Notes: a model not told the origin generated them from the sequence alone. Positions 28,010 through 37,960 are shown, counted from the stretch's first letter. The stretch: 64,000 bases of DNA from an uncultured Gammaproteobacteria bacterium (GCA_964414795.1 CAYPWV010000005.1:4336-68335), one strand, 5' to 3'. A program made the numbers and translations.

Positions 28010-31000
28010 TTAGATCGGATTTGTATCTACGTTCTCGTCCTGTACAACGTCATTATTAGACGCGTCATCGGTCACGGGGGCGGATATGGAATCCGCACCT
28101 ACGGACGCGTTATCATTTTCATCAATCTCCGCCATGTCCTCGTCAGGAGACGCTATGAATGGCGTCTCTACATCCTCATCTGCATTCGCATCTTCGGACG
28201 CATCGTCGGTCACAGGGGCGGGTATGGAATATGCCCCTACAGATGCATCCTCGTTCACGTCATTTTCTACATCCTCGTTCATATCTAGCACTGGCGTAGC
28301 ATCATCAATCGTGGAAGATTCTACCGGAACCATGTCATGACGATACGCAAGCACAAGCCAATCAACAGAGACACCTTCGCTGCCATTCGCATCACGAATG
28401 ATAAACCCTGCGTTTGAACGATCGGTAACATACAGCTGACCCGTAAGACCATTTGGCGTAACAAGAACGCGATAGGAACTTTCGGGAGAAATGATGTCGT
28501 TATACTCTGGGCTTACATTTTCAAAAGAAACACGAGCCATGCCGTTATGCAATGTTGATGTACCAGAAAGTTGCACCATCGTTTCAGGAGATGTGGTTGG
28601 ATAGGTTGAAACGGACGTGTTTTGCAGCGAATGCACAACCTGTGTGAGCTGACCATCCGTAACAATGTCTCCATTCTCTTTAATTTGCCACGTGCCAATA
28701 CCCGAAAGCGTTCCAACATTTATAATATTGCCTCCATTCATGCTGAGGAGATTGGTAATGTTCAACGTTTCAATATCTTGTGAGTTAATGGCAATCGATG
28801 ACGTATTCGATGCTCCCGAAGTTCCTTGGTATTGCGGACGAACAAACGCTGCAATACTTCCCTCCCCAAAACTCCACGACGCAAGTGCGTAGCCAATAAT
28901 CTGTCCGGGTTCCGTCGCTTTCATAGCAAATCCTGCACGGGAAGACGTGGTGAGTGCATCGCCAGACTCGATCGCACCGTTTTCATCGCTTACCTTCAAA
29001 GAAACCCGACCCGAAACGGCAACGGGATATTCACCCAGAGCACTTCCCGCAATAAATCCCGACTGCGATGCAACAACACCGGCAATACGTGCACTATACG
29101 TTTCACCCGACGAACGCACCACTCCCGAGCCGTCGGCCGCAAACTCCACCACATCTCCCGGAACCAACGCATCAGCAGAGGCAAATGACTCGGAGTAGTT
29201 TGAAGCATTTGATGACCAGCCCGCAGCGTTCGTACGCATATACCCCGCACCCGTACTGTCATAATACACATATGCACCGTACTGGAGCACACCACGATCC
29301 GAAGGATAAAAATTGCCCGCGATCGCTAAATCACCCGTGCTGCCAAACGTCATCACGTCAACATTATCGTTATTCGTAAGACTTAAATGAGAAGCATCAG
29401 TTCCTTCAACAACATTGCGCAGGCTTAAAGAAACATCCTGCGCAAAAGATCCATTCCACGCAGATCCCACAAACGCTAAACCAGCCGAATCAAGAAGTTG
29501 ATGCGTTGCCGTTGCATCCGCACCTCCAAGCGCAATGCCATTCGTAAATGCGGTTGCTTCACCCGTGCTCGTCAGCATCTCTCCCCCGTACCACATTGGC
29601 TGCACCAAAACCTTAATAGTTCCCGCTCCACTAGCGAGCGGTTCAAGCGCACGACCAATAATGTAGGTTCCCCCCGGTGCCTTCGCGCCATATCCCGCAC
29701 GAACGGAGGAAGTAGTAATAGCATCGCCTATAGCAATAGATCCTGCATCTGTAGAAACAAACGTTTCAATCTGCCCCACAAGTCCCACAAGCGCATAATT
29801 TGGATCATTTTCTAAACTTGCCTCAGCGCCGGAATACCCATTTCCAATAAAACCCGGATTTGTAGAAACAACTCCCAACACATTCGTATCTCCCGCAGTA
29901 CAAGACTCTACTGCATACGATTGTTCTTCATCCCAACAAACAATGGTATATCCCGCAATGTGCTCAGATGCGGGAAAATATTCCGCGTAGTCAGCACCTG
30001 CGGCGTTCCATGCGCCGTCGGCAAAAGCATCACCGTCATTTTCAAAACGAAACTCGGTATCACGCACACCACCGCTATTATCTGCATCCGATCGAATAAG
30101 AATAACCTCATCATTGTTCGCATTTTCATTCACATCGATGACAAGTGCTTGTGCGGTAGCTGTGGTTGTCGCATTTGCTACTTGATTTTGCGTAATGTAT
30201 ACCGCCGTAGAATCACCGCCTCCCGAGTTTGAAACATTAAGTGCTTTTCCTGTTGAACCTCCCGATGTACGACCTTGCTGAATATCCACTAAAGTTCCCG
30301 TAAAATCTGTAGCGATCGAATCCGTACGCATGATTTGGAATCCCTTTCCCGAAGTTAACGAATTTGTATTCAGTGAAAATGCCGTGGTTGTTGTTGCAGC
30401 CGAAGTAAAAGTAAATGCATCAGTTCCCGTAGTATCGCCCGCACTAAGACTTCCATTAAACGTTGCAGCTCCCGCAGTCGTTACCGACCATGCAGTTCCC
30501 GAATTAATTGCAACTCCCGTACTTGCATGCGTATTACCGAGCGTAATCGTATCTGCCGACGTACTGTTTGTTGCAATATTAATGGTATTTCCTCTATCAG
30601 AATCAACACCTCCAATATCAATGGTAGTTGTTCCCGAAGTATCATCAAAAAGATTTACGGAAGATGTTGTTGAAGAAAATACTCCCGTCGTTGACGAAAG
30701 TGAACCCGCGGCAACCGTATCTCCCTCCGCATCAACACGAAAACGAGCCGAACCGCCATTTGCAATACCAAAAATAGTATCATTTGCCGCAAGATCGGCT
30801 GTTGCCGGATTAATATACACAGATCCTGCGTCTATTCCAGAACTTGCGGGGTTACCGGTAAAAACCACATTACCTGATGAATTAAGAGCCACAATACCTG
30901 CGGCAGTTGATCCGTTATCTTCTGTAGCAAAGCCATTCAAAAGAAGGGCGTTAATTGCAAAAGGCGCAGAAACAATTTGCTTACGTGGACTCAGTGTTTC

Positions 31001-31408
31001 GCCGCCAATAGTTATTTGAAGATACACACTTGCGTTCTCTCCAAAAACGCTATCACTAATAGCGGCATACGCAGGACTTGCAGCCGTATCACCCAAATTT
31101 TCGCTAAAAAGCCCGTCGGTAAGCGTAACCGTACGAGCCGTTGCTGACGCACAGGTCGCCGAAGAGTTCGACCAAAGACACGTACCGCCCGAAGAAGCGG
31201 TGTAAAATTGAAAGATCATGCTCGCTGATGTATCAGAAACCGGCGCACGATTACTATTCAATAACCGACCCTGGTAAGAGATGATACTTACCGGAAGCGC
31301 TGCGGAAACAGGAGTTGCAAAAAGAAAAAGACTTACACTGTAAATAAACAAAAACAAGGCGGATGATATCCTCCAAAGGCTTTTTTTCTGTATACCGGCT
31401 CTATTCAT
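28010..31408 (-). CDS. Large secreted fibre/adhesin-like protein with two tail-fibre chaperone (peptidase G2-like) domains
   Basis: Signal peptide, an ISYQGRL N-domain and a T/S/G-rich body. DYAEYF...GVVSTNPG...GLVGQ and NYSESF...GVVA...VAVSGRV are repeated domains, followed by an acidic tail. Start uncertain (31408 or 31450). Confidence 0.7.
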   Translation of the reverse strand: MNRAGIQKKSLWRISSALFLFIYSVSLFLFATPVSAALPVSIISYQGRLLNSNRAPVSDTSASMIFQFYTASSGGTCLWSNSSATCASATARTVTLTDGLFSENLGDTAASPAYAAISDSVFGENASVYLQITIGGETLSPRKQIVSAPFAINALLLNGFATEDNGSTAAGIVALNSSGNVVFTGNPASSGIDAGSVYINPATADLAANDTIFGIANGGSARFRVDAEGDTVAAGSLSSTTGVFSSTTSSVNLFDDTSGTTTIDIGGVDSDRGNTINIATNSTSADTITLGNTHASTGVAINSGTAWSVTTAGAATFNGSLSAGDTTGTDAFTFTSAATTTTAFSLNTNSLTSGKGFQIMRTDSIATDFTGTLVDIQQGRTSGGSTGKALNVSNSGGGDSTAVYITQNQVANATTTATAQALVIDVNENANNDEVILIRSDADNSGGVRDTEFRFENDGDAFADGAWNAAGADYAEYFPASEHIAGYTIVCWDEEQSYAVESCTAGDTNVLGVVSTNPGFIGNGYSGAEASLENDPNYALVGLVGQIETFVSTDAGSIAIGDAITTSSVRAGYGAKAPGGTYIIGRALEPLASGAGTIKVLVQPMWYGGEMLTSTGEATAFTNGIALGGADATATHQLLDSAGLAFVGSAWNGSFAQDVSLSLRNVVEGTDASHLSLTNNDNVDVMTFGSTGDLAIAGNFYPSDRGVLQYGAYVYYDSTGAGYMRTNAAGWSSNASNYSESFASADALVPGDVVEFAADGSGVVRSSGETYSARIAGVVASQSGFIAGSALGEYPVAVSGRVSLKVSDENGAIESGDALTTSSRAGFAMKATEPGQIIGYALASWSFGEGSIAAFVRPQYQGTSGASNTSSIAINSQDIETLNITNLLSMNGGNIINVGTLSGIGTWQIKENGDIVTDGQLTQVVHSLQNTSVSTYPTTSPETMVQLSGTSTLHNGMARVSFENVSPEYNDIISPESSYRVLVTPNGLTGQLYVTDRSNAGFIIRDANGSEGVSVDWLVLAYRHDMVPVESSTIDDATPVLDMNEDVENDVNEDASVGAYSIPAPVTDDASEDANADEDVETPFIASPDEDMAEIDENDNASVGADSISAPVTDDASNNDVVQDENVDTNPI
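28076..28240 (-). repeat. Three REP-like palindromes in the acidic tail of the fibre protein
   Basis: GTAGGTGCGGATTCCATATCCGCCCCC (28076-28102), GTAGAGACGCCATTCATAGCGTCTC (28147-28171) and GTAGGGGCATATTCCATACCCGCCCCT (28214-28240). Confidence 0.75.
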
Positions 31409-33983
31409 GTGATGTACCGTCCTGACGACGAAGAGGAAGGTTGACACCAAAAAGGCTCACTTCCTTCCTATTTTTAAAGTCAACAGGCTTAATCGTTGCA
31501 TCAAGAAATCCGTCTTTTGCAAACGTTACATAATACTCATTCGGACCAAGAGCAAAAACATAACGACCTTGCGCATCAGAAAGTATTGATTCAACAAGCT
31601 TATTATACTTCGGTTCGAACAATCGAATAACCACATTGCCCACAGGATGACGCGACTTTTCATCATATACAATACCCCACGTATCTGCGCGTTTACGATG
31701 CGCGATTTTCCACGTAAGTGCATAGAGTGAAACTTGCGCGCAAAGCATGACAAACGTAAAAATACTTGCTGATACTACAAAAACTCCCAACGAAATAACT
31801 ACACTCAACGGAGACAGTACAAGTGCAATACGCCGCTTTGTGCGCTGCCAGCGAAGCGCTTTCGCAGGAACAGGCGAACCTTCCGGATCCAAAGGAATCG
31901 TAACCGCAAGAGGTTCTGCATCTCTTGTTACTTCAATTTCCTGTCCTGCATACACATCGGCATATATTCCATCTTCCCGTACATTCTGCAAATACAAACT
32001 CGGAAAAACAAATCCCTGCTTAATAACCTGCAGACGATATCGCCCTTCCTGAGAAATACGCAACAAAAACTCACCTCGATCATTGGTAACAACCGTTTTG
32101 ATAAGACGACTCGTTGCCACGTCATACGCACGGACGATAACAAGATCAAGAGGAACCTTGGTAACGCTGTTATAAACGATGCCGAGCTTTTTATGCTTCT
32201 TACGAGCAAAAAAGAGCAAAGGCTGTGATAACAACGAAGAAAGAAGAAGCAAAAGCTGACTTCCACCCACCGCAATCGTTGCCGCAACCGCCGCAATCAC
32301 TGCGGGTGGCGTGGCGATAACTACCGCTTGCTCCGGCGTCACGTCTTGAAAAGCATCCGCAACGCTCTCAAAAAATGCTGAAACTTGCGAAGTCAACAAG
32401 CGCTCATCAGACGGATTTTCCTCTCCCGTTCCAGAGCTAGATTCATCAGAAAAAACCACATCAGGATCTCGGATAAAAACAATCCGCGGAGCAAGAATGC
32501 TATTCGTAACCGTTATCATTGCTTCTGTGGTTTGATATCCTTCTTTTTCTCCCCGAAGAAGATACGTGCCGTTGGGCACATACCATGCAAATCCTGAACC
32601 CGTACTGTCGCTCATTTCTTGCGCTACCTGACCGTAGAGTTCCGCATTCCAAGCCGATCCATCCGATTGAAGCACGGTAATGGTCGCATTTTCTATTCCT
32701 ACAGATTCTCCCTCCCGCACCTCGTACGCAAAACCCGAAGGAACTACATCAAAAAGCAACGGCGACGTTGCAACAACTCCCGAGCTATCTTCAACAACCA
32801 CACTTCCCAATCCGTTTGCAGAACCTACAGAAATTGTTCCCGTCCAAATATCCGTATCCGTCTCAACAAACGGATATCGATCATCACCTATCTCTACATA
32901 CACCGCCGTAGGATTTCCTTCGTCAAACAAAATCTCTACTTCCGCAAGAGAATCTGCAAGAACAGAAACGGTATTATCGACAATAGGAAGCGAGATTTCC
33001 TCCGCAGAAACGCCTACGTCATAAGAAAGCACATCGCCTCCCGATCCACTCGCTGTATCATCACTGCCACTTGTTTCATCAACTCCATCACTACTAGATG
33101 ACGACGGAACTTCTCCCGACGTGTCTGAACCACTCGTATCCGTGCCCGCCGTATCATCAGAAGACGTTTCTCCATCATCCGTATCAGCTGGATCTGTATC
33201 CGTTCCCGGAATTTCTCCGTCGTCAGGTGGAACGTCCGGATCTTCACCAGGAACATCGTCCGGATCTTCATCAGGAGCATCCGGATCGGGTGTTTCTGGG
33301 TCAGGGTCAGGCTCAGGATCGGGTTCGGGATCGGAATCGCCGGTATCTCCCGTATCGCCTCCCGACGAACCACCTCCGCCGCCACCACCACCTCCTCCGC
33401 CACCCGTTGTCGCATCCGGCACATCAACCGAAACTCCCGACGCTGAACTCGTAACAATAGGAACGATCACCGAGCCTCCACTACCAAACGTTCCACCAAA
33501 TGCAATAAAATAACTTCCTACGCCCGAAGGATTGGTCACTTGATGTGTACTCACTCCCGATGATGATGCATTCAATCCCATCTCAATAACAATTACCGAA
33601 TTTGCTGCAATAGTTCCCCCGTCTCCTGTACACATTTCAAACGTTGCAACAGAACCAGAAAAAGAAATTCCCATCTGCTCACTCCCTGCACACGTAGCTG
33701 CGGTGGTGAGATCAACACCATCATCAGCAACGTCAACATCATCTTCGGCAAATGACGTAAGCGCATATCCGGAAGGAAACGTAATCGTCATCGTTTCTCC
33801 TTCTGCCCACGAAGCAGATCCATTGAGTGTAAGAAAAAACTTATAGTTTGCAGATGCACTGGCAAGATGCGTTGTAGCAGTTGCGTAAAGAGACGAAAGT
33901 TCAACCGCAAACACAAAATGCGTCGGCAACACCAGAAGCGACAAAAGCAAACATGCAAGTATCCGAAAAGAGAAACGTTTCAC
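31401..33983 (-). CDS. Secreted/membrane-anchored protein with Gly/Asp-Pro linker and carboxypeptidase-regulatory-like beta domains
   Basis: Signal peptide, a poly-Gly run, DPEP repeats, three G-x-V-Y...G-x-Y/F domains and TM segments. Confidence 0.7.
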   Translation of the reverse strand: MKRFSFRILACLLLSLLVLPTHFVFAVELSSLYATATTHLASASANYKFFLTLNGSASWAEGETMTITFPSGYALTSFAEDDVDVADDGVDLTTAATCAGSEQMGISFSGSVATFEMCTGDGGTIAANSVIVIEMGLNASSSGVSTHQVTNPSGVGSYFIAFGGTFGSGGSVIVPIVTSSASGVSVDVPDATTGGGGGGGGGGGGSSGGDTGDTGDSDPEPDPEPDPDPETPDPDAPDEDPDDVPGEDPDVPPDDGEIPGTDTDPADTDDGETSSDDTAGTDTSGSDTSGEVPSSSSSDGVDETSGSDDTASGSGGDVLSYDVGVSAEEISLPIVDNTVSVLADSLAEVEILFDEGNPTAVYVEIGDDRYPFVETDTDIWTGTISVGSANGLGSVVVEDSSGVVATSPLLFDVVPSGFAYEVREGESVGIENATITVLQSDGSAWNAELYGQVAQEMSDSTGSGFAWYVPNGTYLLRGEKEGYQTTEAMITVTNSILAPRIVFIRDPDVVFSDESSSGTGEENPSDERLLTSQVSAFFESVADAFQDVTPEQAVVIATPPAVIAAVAATIAVGGSQLLLLLSSLLSQPLLFFARKKHKKLGIVYNSVTKVPLDLVIVRAYDVATSRLIKTVVTNDRGEFLLRISQEGRYRLQVIKQGFVFPSLYLQNVREDGIYADVYAGQEIEVTRDAEPLAVTIPLDPEGSPVPAKALRWQRTKRRIALVLSPLSVVISLGVFVVSASIFTFVMLCAQVSLYALTWKIAHRKRADTWGIVYDEKSRHPVGNVVIRLFEPKYNKLVESILSDAQGRYVFALGPNEYYVTFAKDGFLDATIKPVDFKNRKEVSLFGVNLPLRRQDGTSHE

Positions 33984-34846
33984 GATCGTAGTATACCCCG
34001 TTTCTTTATAAAAAAGACGACTACTCCTACCAAAAGAAGAACAATTCCTCCAGCAAGAAAAAGAACACCCTTTCCTGGCATCGTACCCAGAGTAATTGAC
34101 GCATATTGTGCTTCTCCTCCTTGCACCGCAACACTGTCAAGGTCAAACGTCACTCTACCTCCCACATGCCACAAGCCAAAATCCGCAAACGGCAACACGT
34201 CAGAAATAACGCGCGTCGTTCCCACCGGCAATCGCCCTTCATGATCCGCAAAAACAAAACGACCAATCTCTCTACCAAACATATCATGCACAAAAATAAC
34301 GGATATTGGTTTTACCAGCGCATCTCCCGTATTCGTAAGCTGCATGATTCCTCGAAATCCTCCATCAGTCGGAATAACCGTAAACGCATCGATACGAAAA
34401 CTGGGCTGCGCTTCGGGCACAACGTCTGTAGGAAAAAGTAACGTAACAAAACCGCCAGAAACCTCTGTATCAACATCACCCCGTTCATATAATGCTACCG
34501 CGAATACCTGATCTGCAGTTACCTTTTCTGGATGAAGAAACGTAATGATAAATTGCTGCTTTACTCCGGCATCAACAAGTGCAGTACGAGGACTAACATT
34601 CGCTTCAAGACTTTCAGGAATGTCAGAAAGTGCACTAATACTTCCATTGGGCGCAAACGTCACTAGCTTCACCTCTGCTTCATAGATTTTTTGAACATTA
34701 TCAGTATTGATCACAAAAAAATCTTGCAATACTTCTGTTGACTGCGAAAAAGAAATGTCGACAACGGATGGGGAAACCTCAAATGCAAAACAAGGGTGAG
34801 GGAAAAGAATCAACGCAATGAAAAGGAGAATTTTTTTGATGAACAT
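33980..34846 (-). CDS. Secreted Ig-like protein with C-terminal TM anchor (DUF916/WxL-partner-like)
   Basis: Signal peptide, VSPS start, LTNTGDALVKP motif and a C-terminal TM helix followed by KKR. Confidence 0.6.
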   Translation of the reverse strand: MFIKKILLFIALILFPHPCFAFEVSPSVVDISFSQSTEVLQDFFVINTDNVQKIYEAEVKLVTFAPNGSISALSDIPESLEANVSPRTALVDAGVKQQFIITFLHPEKVTADQVFAVALYERGDVDTEVSGGFVTLLFPTDVVPEAQPSFRIDAFTVIPTDGGFRGIMQLTNTGDALVKPISVIFVHDMFGREIGRFVFADHEGRLPVGTTRVISDVLPFADFGLWHVGGRVTFDLDSVAVQGGEAQYASITLGTMPGKGVLFLAGGIVLLLVGVVVFFIKKRGILRS

Positions 34847-34899
34847 ACGTCAAGCTTTAGTAAGATTTTCGTCATGTCGAACTCTCTATCATCATCTCC

Positions 34900-35066
34900 T
34901 GTCATCCCGACGTTAGGAGGGATCTCCCACACTTGTCACGATCACCCCTCATTCTCTCACATTTGTAAACTGATACTTGAACTTTGGATCTTATTTGCCT
35001 TTTGATGCTTGGACTTTGGACTTTTTCTTCAATCCTTGTCACAGACGCCATAAATGGCGTCTCTAC
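34900..35066. repeat. Intergenic cluster of three repeat families
   Basis: TGTCATCCCGACGTTAGGAGGGATCT palindrome (34900-34925), heptamer-type ACTTTGG/ACTTGA repeats (about 34960-35025) and a GTAG REP (35043-35066). Confidence 0.7.
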
Positions 35067-35107
35067 CGCCTCCAACGTAATCACATCACGACGATACAAA
35101 TTTGCGA

Positions 35108-36061
35108 TTAATAATTTCCCGCAAAAAGAACCGTGAGATTCTGTGAATACGCGCCTCCCTGTTGCGATGAACTGATCGCGAGTTTCAACGTAACATAGTC
35201 ACGTGCAAGAAAACTCACCGCAGAACGCGATGCGACAAGCTGCGGGGAGCTAGAAATCGCTGTGTCCTGTATGGCAAAATCAGAGCCCACCAGCGACGTA
35301 TCTGATGATCGAGCCCCGTATTCAGAAACACCCACCGTAACGGCTCCATCTACAACATCGGGAATTTCATCAAGTCCTGACGTTATGAGATTCGTATCTT
35401 CCATAAGATATGCGGAATAACCCGTTGAAATATCCGCAGTTGCCTCCCAGGCTATAACACCCGTTGCCATTGTTGAAGCCGTGGGATCGTTCATGGGAAG
35501 CGATGTACCGTTCGTAGTCATTTTATATACATAGTCTCCTCCCGATCCATCGATAATCGGGGAGCCGCCAGAAAATGCATCAACAGTAATAACCGATCCT
35601 AAAATAGAGGTAATCTCCCCTATCTCGGACACCTGGGATTCCCCCTCATTTTGTACAACTAAGATACGATTTCCCACAGCAAACCCGGACGCACTTGTAA
35701 CCGTAACCGTTGTACTCGTTGCCGCAGTTGCCGCCACTTGAGACGACGTATCCTGAACAAAAATCTGGAAGGTCGATACCGGATCGTAAATACCTCCACG
35801 AAAACCGCCATCAAGTGCGTAGGAATTAGACGTCATGTCTTCTGCAGAGGAACCCAAATCCACAGAAGAGCGCAAACGATAACTTGTTGAACTCTGCGTG
35901 TCAGAAGAAGCTGCAGAAAACGCATCCCATTGAACAATATAATTCGTAGAAGACATCGCCGCGAAGGCGGAAGGCGCAAAAAAGAGAACACAAAGAACAA
36001 AAGCAACAAAAAGGCTTCTTTTCACGAAAGGAAAAAATCTCTCAGCGCATTCAGAGATCAT
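35108..36061 (-). CDS. Secreted hypothetical surface protein (WxL-like C-terminus)
   Basis: Signal peptide ending SAFA-AMSSTNY, S/T-rich body and C-terminal GAYSQNLTVLFAGNY. Confidence 0.65.
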   Translation of the reverse strand: MISECAERFFPFVKRSLFVAFVLCVLFFAPSAFAAMSSTNYIVQWDAFSAASSDTQSSTSYRLRSSVDLGSSAEDMTSNSYALDGGFRGGIYDPVSTFQIFVQDTSSQVAATAATSTTVTVTSASGFAVGNRILVVQNEGESQVSEIGEITSILGSVITVDAFSGGSPIIDGSGGDYVYKMTTNGTSLPMNDPTASTMATGVIAWEATADISTGYSAYLMEDTNLITSGLDEIPDVVDGAVTVGVSEYGARSSDTSLVGSDFAIQDTAISSSPQLVASRSAVSFLARDYVTLKLAISSSQQGGAYSQNLTVLFAGNY

Positions 36062-36101
36062 GAACGTAGTATAGAACCAAAAATATGCACAGGTGCACAT
36101 C

Positions 36102-36478
36102 TTGGGGATAAAATTGTCAACGCAGTCTTTGACAAAAACGTTTTCCCCAAAATGCCCACAGGCTTATACACAACTTATCCACATATATGTTCCACATGAA
36201 ACTTTATCTATTTCTTAAATAATCGCTAATATAAAACAAATCTACTTGTTTTCCCCGATCTGTATTTTTGATAATAAAAAGTTATGCACAGCTTTTCTTA
36301 ATAAGAACCAATCTCATTTCACGTGAAACAAAGTCATCTTTCATCCTCTTTTTATCCACAGGTATGCTCACAGGAAGATCCTTCGCTTCGCTCAGGATAA
36401 CAAAAGCTCCGTTTTTACTTCATGGAATAAAAAGTTTTACATAAAGTTATTCACAGGATTCTTACATAGATATCCACA
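36102..36478 (+). promoter_or_regulatory. DnaA-box cluster in AT-rich DNA
   Basis: TTATNCACA at 36164, 36175, 36282, 36352 and 36447, plus near matches at 36102 (reverse), 36141 and 36470. Confidence 0.8.
36377..36402 (-). repeat. GTCAT/GTTAT-family palindromic repeat
   Basis: Minus-strand TGTTATCCTGAGCGAAGCGAAGGATC is related to the elements at 34900, 46809, 47793 and 56495. Confidence 0.65.
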
Positions 36479-36592
36479 ACTCATCTAAAAACAGTTCACC
36501 GAACTCTGTTACGAGGGAAATGAACATAAAAAATGATAAAACTCATCTAAAACAAAAAAATATGCTCCGTATGAAACATATTTCTTACTATT

Positions 36593-36668
36593 TGGTGTCC
36601 TCACCTGGGGTCGAACCAGGATTACAGGCTTAGGACGCCCATGTTCTATCCAATTGAACTATGAGGAC
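36593..36668 (-). tRNA. tRNA-Arg (CCT)
   Basis: Cloverleaf GTCCTCA...TGAGGAC-A-CCA, D arm GTTC/GAAC, T loop TTCGACC, anticodon CCT. Confidence 0.9.
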
Positions 36669-36724
36669 GGGTGTTTCACATGAATCTCACGTATCATGTC
36701 TTACATGGAACGACTTATGCACAC

Positions 36725-36757
36725 TGTTCGGTATATGTTCGCTATTCGTGCTATACT
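36725..36757 (+). promoter_or_regulatory. rmuC promoter with putative SOS-type operator
   Basis: TGTTCGGTATATGTTCGC (36725-36742) followed by the extended -10 TGCTATACT. Confidence 0.6.
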
Positions 36758-36820
36758 TTTTAGGCTCGCAAAAAGAGCGCCGATTGAGTATAAATAACAC
36801 ACCTATCCCGGTCAACCATT

Positions 36821-37960
36821 ATGGATCCAATGCTCCTCCTTCTTAGCCTACTTATTCTTGCGCTCATTGGCGTTATTCTTTTTACTCACATAAAAAAGAA
36901 TTCCGCTCATTCTAGCGAAATTATCACTACGTTCGACGCACTCAAACAAGAGCTCACTGACCTTAAACGTCTTTCCACCGAGCAACGGCAAGAGCTCTAC
37001 CAATTACAAACCGATGCTCGCAAAGAACTTTCGCAACATCTCAACACCATGAACGATCAAATGGGACGAGGTCTTTCAGAATCTCATCGCTCCATGCAAA
37101 CGCAATTTTCCCAAACGTCAAAGCTCATCGAAGACGTTACACTCCGCCTCACCACCTTGGATAGCACAAACAAACAGGTACTCGACTTTTCTTCACAACT
37201 CCAAAAAATGCAAGATATCCTCAAAAATCCAAAACAAAGAGGTATTTTAGGAGAATTTTATCTCGAATCACTTCTCGGAAATACACTGCCTCCCGAATCA
37301 TTTCAAATGCAGTACACCTTTCCTGATGCAACCATTGCCGACGCTGTCGTTTTCGTAAATGAAAAAATCATACCCATCGATTCTAAGTTTACACTCGAAA
37401 ATTATAATCGTTGCGTCGAGGCTACTACCGATGAAGAACGAATTAAATTTGAAAAGCTTTTTATTCAAGATCTTAAAGGGCGCATTCAAGAAACCACAAA
37501 ATACATTCAGCCTGCACAAGGAACAACCGATTTCGCGTTCATGTTCATTCCACACGAAGCACTGTATTACGACCTCCTTACAAACAAAATTGGACTAAAT
37601 ACCGAAGAAAACAGTGAAAATATTTTACAACGCGCAGCAGGGAAGTATCGCGTCATTATTGTATCTCCTACAAATTTCTTAGCATATCTGCAAACGATTC
37701 TTCAGGCACTCAATGCCATGAAAATCGAAAAGAATGCCGGGGAAATTAAAAAACACGTTAAAGAACTGCATCGTCATTTTTCCTCTTTTGCAGATTTTCA
37801 TGAAAAAATGGGAAAAAACCTGGGAACAACAGTCAACCAATTCAACCAATCATCCGAAGAGCTTCGTAAACTCTCAAAAGACATCGTCAAAATAACCACA
37901 GGCGAAGTAGGGGATTTACTTGAAATGAAAAAAGTCCATCGTCCGGAAATGATTGAATAG
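36821..37960 (+). CDS. rmuC: DNA recombination protein RmuC
   Basis: N-terminal TM helix, coiled coil, NPKQRGILGE, PIDSKF and TTDFAFMFIPHE. Confidence 0.93.
   Translation: MDPMLLLLSLLILALIGVILFTHIKKNSAHSSEIITTFDALKQELTDLKRLSTEQRQELYQLQTDARKELSQHLNTMNDQMGRGLSESHRSMQTQFSQTSKLIEDVTLRLTTLDSTNKQVLDFSSQLQKMQDILKNPKQRGILGEFYLESLLGNTLPPESFQMQYTFPDATIADAVVFVNEKIIPIDSKFTLENYNRCVEATTDEERIKFEKLFIQDLKGRIQETTKYIQPAQGTTDFAFMFIPHEALYYDLLTNKIGLNTEENSENILQRAAGKYRVIIVSPTNFLAYLQTILQALNAMKIEKNAGEIKKHVKELHRHFSSFADFHEKMGKNLGTTVNQFNQSSEELRKLSKDIVKITTGEVGDLLEMKKVHRPEMIE

Larger units (their letters stand above)
36188..36687. promoter_or_regulatory. parS-like sites
   Basis: TGTTCCACATGAAACT (36188), CATTTCACGTGAAACA (36315) and TGTTTCACATGAATCT (36672), compared with consensus TGTTTCACGTGAAACA. 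Confidence 0.6.

Noticed and set aside
33290-33405. Low-complexity GC-rich tandem repeats
   Set aside because: They encode the poly-Gly and DPEP linker of the surface protein.
36102-36478. This cluster as the primary oriC
   Set aside because: The dnaA-dnaN spacer has boxes plus DnaA-trios and canonical synteny. This cluster has no visible trios.
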